A stretch of 64,000 nucleotides of DNA from a candidate division FCPU426 bacterium (lineage in GTDB: Bacteria; Oederibacteriota; Muellerivitia; Muellerivitales; Muellerivitaceae). Of this stretch, positions 1 through 8,588 are shown piece after piece (within the stretch, counting starts at the first letter, position 1; the number at the start of each line of letters is the position of its first letter). Position numbers and translations under genes: made by a program. The stretch lies in NCBI GenBank assembly GCA_963796105.1, contig CAWCKJ010000004.1, positions 1,120,001-1,184,000 of the forward strand, in the 5' to 3' direction. A model generated the notes under the pieces. The model had not been told where the DNA came from and did no database searches. It saw nothing but the letters and a program-made list of their open reading frames with translations.

Positions 1-189
1 CAACGGGAAACCTGTTTTCCTGCCAATTTAGTTTGATGATTTAGCTTATAGAACTTGTAAAGAAAAAATTGGAAAATACTCACATTTCGAAATGGCTTTA
101 GGTCTATTTGCTGATTGGGTATATCGCTCTTATCTCCCGATTTTGTCCATCGGGTGGACTTAATTGGCAAGAAGCCGGGCCTTTAGCCT

Positions 190-657
190 ATGGATCGGAG
201 GGATCCAATGGTTCAAGAATCGCCTTTTATGCGTTTTCTGAAATTCCTCGATGGTTTGGCAGAGGATGAATCCCCCAGAGTGCGCCCAGCACCAGCCCCA
301 CCCCCAAAACCGGCGCCTATCCAATCCGAGGCATACAAAAACAGGAAGCTGGGCCGAAAACTTCACCGGGAAGGTATCAAGGATATGCAACGGATCGCCG
401 ACTTGATTGAACGCTGTGGGGAAGCCAAGCCGGGCGAACTCGCCCAAAAGCTGGGCATGTCACGCAGTACCCTGACTTATAACCTAAAGCGGCTGATGAG
501 GCATGACCCGGGGTTTGAGGGGCATAGACGGGACTTTTGGACCCGTCGGCCGCTGAGGGCGGTGTTGGGCGAAAAGCGGCTTGAGAAGTTGGGGTCAGGC
601 AATAGCGTGCGTTACCGTATTGTTCAAGAGCCGGTGAAAAAGTCCCCGGAATCCTAA
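190..657 (+). CDS. Winged helix-turn-helix DNA-binding protein
   Basis: HTH-like GEAKPGELAQKLGMSRSTLTYNLKRL and a C-terminal wing-like LEKLGSGNSVRYRI. Confidence 0.6.
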   Translation: MDRRDPMVQESPFMRFLKFLDGLAEDESPRVRPAPAPPPKPAPIQSEAYKNRKLGRKLHREGIKDMQRIADLIERCGEAKPGELAQKLGMSRSTLTYNLKRLMRHDPGFEGHRRDFWTRRPLRAVLGEKRLEKLGSGNSVRYRIVQEPVKKSPES

Positions 658-664
658 TGAGTCT

Positions 665-1126
665 TTAAAGATCCTCGGGTTGGATCGTCCAAAGCAGTTG
701 GTTGCCTGCCTCCGCCCTTTCCAGGGCGACTACGCCCGCAGTGGAAAAATCGAAAGCCTCCGGATTGCTCACGTAATCGAGGAAGAGCGCCATGAGGGAT
801 TTTAAAAAAGGCATGTGGCTGACAAGCATCAAATCCCCTTGGGTCCTGTGGATTTCCATGAAGATTTCCCCGACCTTTCCCTCCGGCACCAGTTCCTTCT
901 TCTCAACCAGGGCTTCGGGGGGAAGGCCCAACAACCCATGTATGACCTTGGCGGTCTGGGCCGCACGGGGCAGGGGGCTGTGCCATAGGGTGAAGGGGGT
1001 TATTTTTCTCTTTCTCAGGGCCGAACCCACCTTGGCCACGGCTTTCTCGCCCTTGGGGGTCAAGACCGAGGGCTTGCCGGCTCCGGGGGACGCGGCGTTC
1101 CCGTGGCGCATCAAGTACAGCCTCAT
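665..1126 (-). CDS. sixA: Phosphohistidine phosphatase SixA
   Basis: MRLYLMRHG, SPLPRAAQTA and LVSHMP histidine-phosphatase motifs; overlaps the def stop codon. Confidence 0.9.
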   Translation of the reverse strand: MRLYLMRHGNAASPGAGKPSVLTPKGEKAVAKVGSALRKRKITPFTLWHSPLPRAAQTAKVIHGLLGLPPEALVEKKELVPEGKVGEIFMEIHRTQGDLMLVSHMPFLKSLMALFLDYVSNPEAFDFSTAGVVALERAEAGNQLLWTIQPEDL

Positions 1127-1674
1127 TTTTTTCTCCCCTTGGGGGATTTTTTAACTGGCTTGCTCCCAAATTCCTCCAGGTGGTAGAAGTGGTGGAAGTG
1201 GGGCATCCGGTCGATATAAAAGTTCCCATTCAGGTGGTCCACCTCGTGCTGGAGAACCCTGGCCTCGAAGCCCCCCAGGGTCTTGCGCACCTTGACGCCT
1301 CCCAAGGTCAGGGCTTCGAAAGTCACGCTTTCGGAGCGGGGAACCATGCCCCGGTAACCGGGAATGCTCAGGCATCCCTCCCAGTCCTCCACGGCCTTTT
1401 TGGAATATTTCACGATGCGGGCGTTCAGGTAAGCCTGGAGGGGGAAGCGGGGCCTGTTGGGGTATCGCTTGTTTCCTTTGCATTCCATGACCAGGATCCT
1501 GCGGTTGTCGCCCACCTGGTTGGCGGCAAGCCCAACCCCCTGAGCCAGCCGCATGGTCTCCAGCATTTTCGCGACGAAGGCCCCGACCTTGCTTGAAACC
1601 GCCTCTTTGGGGGATAAATCCCTCGTTAACTTCCGCAGGACGGGACGGCCGATTTTCACGATGGTTTGCGCCAT
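1123..1674 (-). CDS. def: Peptide deformylase
   Basis: GVGLAANQVG, EGCLS and QHEVDHLNG motifs. Confidence 0.97.
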   Translation of the reverse strand: MAQTIVKIGRPVLRKLTRDLSPKEAVSSKVGAFVAKMLETMRLAQGVGLAANQVGDNRRILVMECKGNKRYPNRPRFPLQAYLNARIVKYSKKAVEDWEGCLSIPGYRGMVPRSESVTFEALTLGGVKVRKTLGGFEARVLQHEVDHLNGNFYIDRMPHFHHFYHLEEFGSKPVKKSPKGRKK

Positions 1675-2014
1675 GAAAGGGTTCTCTTTTTTATATTTTT
1701 ATCGCTTCTCTGAATCCTTAAACTTTTAACGCTTGATTTTACCACGCCATGAGATAGGCCCAGGTTCTATCCATGCTTTATTTCATTTTCCAAAAACCGC
1801 CTGAAAGGAGTGAAGTTTTTAGGGTGGCAATCAATGGCAAGGGGTAAAATAAAAGAACTAGTAAGACTCGATTTTTAGCCAAATGCCCAAAATGTCATGT
1901 TTGGGTTTGGCAGCTATGATGTGTTCGTCATCGGTTTTTAATTATAAATGGAATAAAGACCTTTTTTAACACGCTATTAAAAAGGAAACTTTAAAGCCAT
2001 AAGGGTGGGCTGAT

Positions 2015-3258
2015 ATGAAAACCCGGGTTATTTTGTTTATTCAATTTTTAGGCGCATTTATTGCCATAGGTTTACCCGATCAAGGATGGGCTCAAAACAT
2101 CATTGAGACGGATCTCGGGACACAACCACCCTCGATATTGGTACAAAATCTCATGGGCGGCGGAGTGGCCTTCAGCAACGTGACTTACCAGGGAGTAGGG
2201 GGATCATCCGGCACTTTCACCGGGGGAAACGGAATTATCGGGTTCGGTTCGGGAATCATCCTCAGCACGGGGCTTGCCGCCAGCGTGGTGGGCCCCATGC
2301 GGACGAGACTATGAGCACCTGCAACGGGACACCCGGTGACACGGATTTAACCGCCCTGGCGGGCGGGGTTCAAACTAATGACGCGACGGTCCTTTCCTTT
2401 GATTTTGTCCCGACTTACAACACGATTTCCTTCCAATACGTATTCGCCTCGGAAGAATACAACGAATTCGTCGACTCGATGTTCAATGATGTTTTCGCTT
2501 TTTACATCAACGGGATCAATGTGGCCCTCATACCCGGCACCAACACGATCGTCTCGATCAACAATGTCAACGACTGTGTCAATTCGGCCTATTTCATCGA
2601 CAACGTGGGAAGTTCCCAGGGAGGGGGTTGCGGGTTGAACGTCCCCTCGGCGAACTTGAACGCCTCCTTGAACGGGTTGACCACCGTATTGACGGTGAAC
2701 GCCTCCGTGAATCCGGGCGTAAACAACCATATCAAACTGGCCATTGCGGACGTGGAGGATTGCGAATTGGACTCGAACGTCTTCATCCAGGCCAACAGCT
2801 TCGCCAGTGTCCTTACCAACACGCCCACGGGTACCCCCGCGTTCACCCTAACCCCCACCCCGACTCCGACAATGACGGATACTCCCACATTTACCCCGAC
2901 GCCAACCAATACACCCACGATCACTCCGACTTCATCTTTCACACCAACCCCCACTTTTACGCCAACAGTGACCCCCACGCCCACTTGCGAGGTCCTTGTT
3001 TGGCCCGATCCTTATAACCCGGCTCACGCGGTGGGGGGGGTGTTCAAGGTCAGTTGCATGCCTCCGGGCGCGATCGTGAGCATCTATACGCTCTCGGGAG
3101 AATACGTGAACCAGGCTGGGGAATCGCGCGGCCTGGTGATTTGGGATGGCCGGAACAAGTACGGTTCTTACGTATCAGCGGGCATCTATTATTATGTTGC
3201 CCAGCAGGGCGGGAGAACCCTCAAGACGGGAAAGTTCCTGGTGACAAACGGTTATTGA
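2015..3258 (+). pseudogene. Choice-of-anchor-L-like secreted protein with T/P linker and T9SS-like CTD, split by a 1-nt frameshift near 2296
   Basis: ORF 2015-2314 (signal peptide, SGIILSTG) and ORF 2311-3258 ([40 protein letters not shown]) are two halves of one domain. Adding one A after cccc restores ...[13 protein letters not shown]. Confidence 0.75.
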
Positions 3259-3347
3259 TCGGATGAGCCTTATATTTTATATTTACGGGAGCAAACCCGT
3301 AGGTTAAGCCAGCCGTAAATTCCGAATTCATTCCCCAAGGTATCAAC

Positions 3348-3803
3348 GTGAAAATAGAAATCAGGCCATACAGGCCGGAGGATGAGAAGGCGGTGGTCAG
3401 GCTCTGGAAAGAATGCGGACTGGTCGTGCCGGAAAACGACCCGGCGAAGGATATCCAGCGGAAAATGAAAGACCATCCGGAGCTTTTCCTGGTCGCCCTG
3501 GGGGATGGGGAATTAGTGGGGAGCGTGATGGGAGGCTACGACGGGCACAGGGGAGCGGTTAATTACCTGGCGGTCTTGCCAACGCGCCAGCGCCGGGGCA
3601 TCGGGCGGATGCTGATGGCGGAGTTGGAAGGCGAGTTACAAAAACTGGGTTGTCCCAAGATCAACCTGTTCGTGCGGATGAGCAACGCCGCGGTCGGCTC
3701 CTTTTACGGGAAAATCGGGTTTCAACTAAACCAGGTCGCCATCGCTTTTGAAAAAAGAATGATTCATGACGGCTTGGAAAGCGATCATCCTCCTGGCGAA
3801 TAA
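3348..3803 (+). CDS. GNAT acetyltransferase, YpeA-like
   Basis: GSVMGGYDGHRG, QRRGIGRML acetyl-CoA motif, GCPKINL. Confidence 0.9.
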   Translation: MKIEIRPYRPEDEKAVVRLWKECGLVVPENDPAKDIQRKMKDHPELFLVALGDGELVGSVMGGYDGHRGAVNYLAVLPTRQRRGIGRMLMAELEGELQKLGCPKINLFVRMSNAAVGSFYGKIGFQLNQVAIAFEKRMIHDGLESDHPPGE

Positions 3804-3810
3804 AAACCGG

Positions 3811-6258
3811 TCATTTCAAGGCGGTTGGAGGAAGAATCTCGTAGTTTTCCCGGCCCGGGGGCTTCCAAAGCATATGAAACACTGTCTCAAATCCCCCCTC
3901 CTGTCTTAGCCGTACGACCACCGGGTAATCCTTGCTTTCCAGTGATAATCCTGCCTCTTGGTTGGAAACGCCGATCTTTTTCCCGTTTATCTCCAATTCA
4001 GCTTTGATGTGGTCGGAATTGAGCATCAGGAAATGGTAGAGGCCAGCTTTGGGGGGATGAAGGACGGCCTTCCATTCCGCCAGCAGGTTAGACGGGTTCT
4101 TCAAGGGAAAATCATCCCGGTAGGAAAAATTCAAGAGGGGCTCGGACTCCACTAGTAAAGGCCCGGAATTCGCGTCGGTCGTAAACCTGTATATCCCCAT
4201 CCAGCCTTGCGAAAAGCGGTGGGGGATAAACCTGCCGGCATCCAGAGGAAGATAAGGCCCTTTTTCAAATGATTCCTCAACGGCCAAACCCTCCCAGGAT
4301 CCGGAACTCAGGGTGAAATTCAGTGGATGAAAACCCCTGGCCAAAAATTGGGGGCGGTCTGTTATCCAGGGACAATCGCCCGATAGGCTCACTTTGGCGG
4401 GGCCCTTGATGCGGTAGCGGTAGGTCCCTTGTTTTTCCACCCAGAAACTCCCGGTCAGGTGAAGTTTACGGGAATCTTTCGGCAGATGGTCCGGGAAATC
4501 GGTAAAGGAACCCTGGGGAAAGCCGCTCAATCCCCTGTTGCGGGCGCAAGACCCGGGCGGCACGCGGAAGAAATACAAATAGGGATGGCCCCAAGGATCC
4601 AATAACTTTTCCACGGTTCCCCCGGGATATAGATCCTGGAGAACGGATAAAACCCCGGTGCGTCCCTCCTGAAGGGCGAAAAACAAGCCCCGGCCCGGGG
4701 AAGGGGAAAGATACCGGAAAGAGCCGGGCAGATCCAGGGAGCGCATATGTTCCCGCTGGGAATGGCCCAGGAAAAGCACGACGAACCGTCCGAAGAAAGC
4801 GGGGGAAAGATAATAATCATAAGAATCCCCCTCCCCCGCGATAGCCTGCCCGATCTTCATCGGCGCCGCGCCGGCTTCCCGCCAGGCAGTCACGTTCCGG
4901 GGACGGTCGATGAAATAAACCTTGAAGTTCTCCGCGGCGATAAACAGCACGATGAAAACGCCCGAAAGGATTAATAATTTCCGGCTTTCCTTATGGAATG
5001 GGATTTTTTCCCAAAACTCGAAAGCCGCGTTTGCCCCCAAATAGGCGACAAAGGGGGAAACGCACAGCACGCGGCTGGCGTGGGTCGGATCCATTGAAAG
5101 AAGCCCCGGCAGGCAGAGAATCGTCAAACCCGCGAGTCCGTAAAAATACTTTCTTTCCTTCCAGCGCTTGAGGGCCATAAAGAAGCCAAGGACGAAGAGG
5201 ACCGCCGTGGCGTGGTCCAAGAGGGGGTGTCCCGGCAGGCTGTCCTGGGAATAGGGGGAACCGATTCGGGTCAATACCAGCGGCGCCCGGCACAGGTTTT
5301 GCCAAAGGGGCGCCAGGCTTTTTTCTTCCATCATTTTTTGCCCCACGAAAAGATGGTCATCGTAAGTGGCGCCGATCAACCAATGGTTTTGAATCATGGA
5401 TTTCCAGCAGGGGAAGGACACAACCAGGCAAACCACTAGAAAGACCCCGATCCCTTTCAGTTGGGAGCGCGTTTTTTCCTTGTCGAGCCGAAGTTCATAC
5501 AGCAGAAGCGCGGCGAGAAGCAGGAAGCTGGCCCGGAAGGAGGGGTGGGCGTAAAAACCCGCGCCGGCGAAAAACCCCGCGAGGGCCCAATAAATCAACC
5601 GCCCGGCGCGCCAGCCCATCCGGGCGAAGGCCAGCATGGCCGTCACGTAAAAAACCGCCGTGACGATGGGATGCCCGTTGCGGCTCAAGGTGACATGCCA
5701 TTGCATTACCGACCAAAGGAAGAGGGTCAAGAGCGCGGTCCTGGGCCCGGCCAGGTCCCGGAAAAACCAATAAGCCAAGGGGAAGGATATCAAAGAGAAA
5801 AAAACGAAGAAAAAACTGTAAGCCATCCTGCTGGGGTCGAAAAGGTGGAACCAGAGGAAGGAAAGAAAATCTATGTCCAGGTAGGCCATGGCGATGTGGT
5901 TCGGGTCGAACAGGACCCATTGGGAGGGAGGCGACGAGAAACCCAGCCAGGGGCCGCAAGTCTCCTCGATGGTCATGCCTTGCGGCAAATCCAGGATTTT
6001 GTAAAGGCGGAAAAATAACGCGACCATGCCGATGGCCGAGGCGATCAGGATCTCGGACTTGGGGGAAAGGCCTTCGGACGCGGGGGGTGAGGCGGTGTCC
6101 CCCGGCCTTGAGCGAACGAATATCAAAATCGCGAGGGCGTAAAGGAGGAGTCCGGGAAGAAGGGTCCAATTCTCCGCGCTGTCGGCCATGAGGAACTGGG
6201 CGACGATAGCCAAAAGCAAAGAGGCTAAAAGGGATTGAAACCGCCAAGGGGATGACAT
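3811..6258 (-). CDS. GT-C fold (GT39/PMT-like) membrane glycosyltransferase with C-terminal PA14-like domain(s)
   Basis: Many TM helices; FRLYKILDLPQGMTIEE loop; WHVTLSR; C-terminal EPLLNFSYRDDFP..AEWKAVLHPPKAGLYHF. Confidence 0.75.
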   Translation of the reverse strand: MSSPWRFQSLLASLLLAIVAQFLMADSAENWTLLPGLLLYALAILIFVRSRPGDTASPPASEGLSPKSEILIASAIGMVALFFRLYKILDLPQGMTIEETCGPWLGFSSPPSQWVLFDPNHIAMAYLDIDFLSFLWFHLFDPSRMAYSFFFVFFSLISFPLAYWFFRDLAGPRTALLTLFLWSVMQWHVTLSRNGHPIVTAVFYVTAMLAFARMGWRAGRLIYWALAGFFAGAGFYAHPSFRASFLLLAALLLYELRLDKEKTRSQLKGIGVFLVVCLVVSFPCWKSMIQNHWLIGATYDDHLFVGQKMMEEKSLAPLWQNLCRAPLVLTRIGSPYSQDSLPGHPLLDHATAVLFVLGFFMALKRWKERKYFYGLAGLTILCLPGLLSMDPTHASRVLCVSPFVAYLGANAAFEFWEKIPFHKESRKLLILSGVFIVLFIAAENFKVYFIDRPRNVTAWREAGAAPMKIGQAIAGEGDSYDYYLSPAFFGRFVVLFLGHSQREHMRSLDLPGSFRYLSPSPGRGLFFALQEGRTGVLSVLQDLYPGGTVEKLLDPWGHPYLYFFRVPPGSCARNRGLSGFPQGSFTDFPDHLPKDSRKLHLTGSFWVEKQGTYRYRIKGPAKVSLSGDCPWITDRPQFLARGFHPLNFTLSSGSWEGLAVEESFEKGPYLPLDAGRFIPHRFSQGWMGIYRFTTDANSGPLLVESEPLLNFSYRDDFPLKNPSNLLAEWKAVLHPPKAGLYHFLMLNSDHIKAELEINGKKIGVSNQEAGLSLESKDYPVVVRLRQEGGFETVFHMLWKPPGRENYEILPPTALK

Positions 6259-6425
6259 TGGGTTATTTTAATGGTCCAAAGGGCGATTGAGGATATTTTC
6301 TGGAAAAGAGGCGAATCCTTCCAGACTTCCTAATTGTATATAATGGCACCCAAGTCAAAATTCCAGGTTCCCCGGACGGACCATCCCTGAAATCTAAAAC
6401 GTTCCAATCCCTTAATCCTTTTCTG

Positions 6426-8567
6426 TTGGCCCTAGGCGCTTTGGCGTTCGCGGCCCTTGGGCAAGCCCAATGGGTCCAGCGGGAAAAGCCGGTCACGGTC
6501 CTAACCGGGTTCCTTTTTTTCTCCGCGGCCGTTTTCCTTTTCGAGAGGCTTTTTCGCGATAAGGCCACCCTAGGCCCGGGCCCCTATCCAGAAAGGGGCC
6601 GGGAAAGACTTTTATTCTTTCTTATCCTGTTAACCGCTTTTTTCCTCCGCGTTTACCGGATCGCGGATTTTCCGGCCGGCATGTTCAACGACCAAAGCTC
6701 CGAATGCCTGAGCGTCCTTCGGATACTCCGGGAAGGCTGGCATCCTTCCTTCCAGGAAATATTCCAACAGCCGGTCTGCGTCCCCAGTGTTTACGGCTAC
6801 CTTCTGCTTTGGTTCAGTCTTTTCCCGGCGACCCAGGTTTCCTTTTTCCTCGCTTCGGTGGTAATATCCCTGGCCGCCTTTCCCCTCCTTTACCGGGTTT
6901 TCCGCCATTTGTCCGGTCCAGCCGCGGCCCTCTCCGCGGTTTTCTTCATGGCAGTCATGCGATGGCACCTCACCTACAGCCGGGACGGCCATCCCGCCAT
7001 TGAGATCCCCTTTTACATGGGTCTTTCCCTGGCCGTTTGGCTTTATTCCGTCAAACACAGGAAAACCTGGGCCTTCGCCTTGACCGGCGTATTCTTGGCC
7101 GCCTTGCTTTATTCCTACCAGGTGGGCAAGGCGTTCGCCGTCCTCATGGCGGTTTACGCCGCCTATGAATGGCTGAAAGACCCAAAATCCCGGGGCCGTT
7201 TTTTAGGACAGCTGGTTTTGCTTTTTGCGGTTTGCGGGTTCCTATGCGCCCCCCTCCTTCGGGAAATGGCCTCCCAAAAATCGTTAGGCTGGCGCGAAAA
7301 TGAGTTGATGGCCTTCCCCGGGGTTTACCTTCAAGGAGGCCTCCGGGGGATCTGGGACCAAATTCTCGGGACGGTTTTCGCTTTTAACCGATCGGGGGAT
7401 GCCTGGTATTACCACAATATTCCCGGGCACAGGCTTTTGGATGATGGAATGGGAATCCTTTTTGTGCTCGGCTTTTTCCACGCGATTTTCCGGATCAAGG
7501 AGAGGGCGTCCTTTTACGCCTTGGCCGGATTGGCTGTCATGTGCCTGCCGGCCTTCCTGTCCGTGAACCCCAACCACGCCAGCCGGCTTTTCGGCGCCAT
7601 CCCTTTCATTGTTCTCCTGTGCGGAATTTTCCTCTCCCGGCTCCTCTCCGCGTTGAGCGCAGCGAAATTCGGGACGAAGGGAAGCCTCTTTCTCGCGGCG
7701 GCTTTTCTTATTTTTTGCGCCGGACAAAATTTCCAAAATTATTTTTACGGCCAAGCGGTCCAGGAGGAATGCTGGAGGGTCGGATACGGGGCGGAAGCGT
7801 CCTGGGTCGGGAAGTCCATCGCCCGTGACGGTGGAACCTGTTCCTATCTTCTTTGCCCCCATTTTTACGGCCAATATACGGTGCGGTTCCTGGGCTACGA
7901 CCATCAGGACGCCATGTTTCCCCTGCGATTGCCCGACTCCATGAACCTGGGCACCCTTCCAAAAGATAAAGACGTATGCCTGGCGTTGGAGGAGGGCCAA
8001 ACGGGAATCCTGGAATTGTTCCAGGCGCTATATCCCGGCGGGGAACTCCAGACCCTTAAATCGTCCGGCGGAGCCAGCGTCGCTTATCTTTACCGGATCA
8101 GCCGAATGGCGATGGGGAATGCGCAGCCGGCGGAAAAAGCCCTGGGCCGAAATTTCGGACTAGAGGGGTGTTACCAGGTCCTGGACGATAAGGGGGATGC
8201 GATTACCGTCAGACATCTGGACCCATTGCTCAATTTCACTTTCCGAAACGATTTTCCTGTCACCCGCTTCCCCCCTCTTCAGGTCCGGTGGGAGGGTGGT
8301 CTCTTCTGCCCCCGGGAAGGCCCCTATCTTTTCCTGGCATTGAGCCACGACCCCGCCGAGCTTTTAATCGACGGGAAAAAGGTCCTTCGGGAAGGCAACC
8401 AGGGCTCAATGCCGTTTTATCTTCGCAAAGGGCTCCATCGGATTCAGGCCGGCTTGAGCAAAACCTCGGGGGTTGACACGGCCTTCAGCCTGCTATGGAA
8501 GAAAAAAGACGACCGTAATTTCCAGGTTATTCCCGCGGAGAACTTGCGGCGTTTCGGCCCAAGATAA
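6426..8567 (+). CDS. GT-C fold (GT39/PMT-like) glycosyltransferase with PA14 domain; divergent paralog of 3811-6258
   Basis: LRVYRIADFPAGMFNDQ, WHLTYSRDGHP, DPLLNFTFRNDFP..VRWEGGLFCPREGPYLF. Start is uncertain because the frame is open upstream. Confidence 0.75.
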   Translation: MALGALAFAALGQAQWVQREKPVTVLTGFLFFSAAVFLFERLFRDKATLGPGPYPERGRERLLFFLILLTAFFLRVYRIADFPAGMFNDQSSECLSVLRILREGWHPSFQEIFQQPVCVPSVYGYLLLWFSLFPATQVSFFLASVVISLAAFPLLYRVFRHLSGPAAALSAVFFMAVMRWHLTYSRDGHPAIEIPFYMGLSLAVWLYSVKHRKTWAFALTGVFLAALLYSYQVGKAFAVLMAVYAAYEWLKDPKSRGRFLGQLVLLFAVCGFLCAPLLREMASQKSLGWRENELMAFPGVYLQGGLRGIWDQILGTVFAFNRSGDAWYYHNIPGHRLLDDGMGILFVLGFFHAIFRIKERASFYALAGLAVMCLPAFLSVNPNHASRLFGAIPFIVLLCGIFLSRLLSALSAAKFGTKGSLFLAAAFLIFCAGQNFQNYFYGQAVQEECWRVGYGAEASWVGKSIARDGGTCSYLLCPHFYGQYTVRFLGYDHQDAMFPLRLPDSMNLGTLPKDKDVCLALEEGQTGILELFQALYPGGELQTLKSSGGASVAYLYRISRMAMGNAQPAEKALGRNFGLEGCYQVLDDKGDAITVRHLDPLLNFTFRNDFPVTRFPPLQVRWEGGLFCPREGPYLFLALSHDPAELLIDGKKVLREGNQGSMPFYLRKGLHRIQAGLSKTSGVDTAFSLLWKKKDDRNFQVIPAENLRRFGPR

Positions 8568-8588
8568 CCCGCGTCTATTGGGTCAGGC

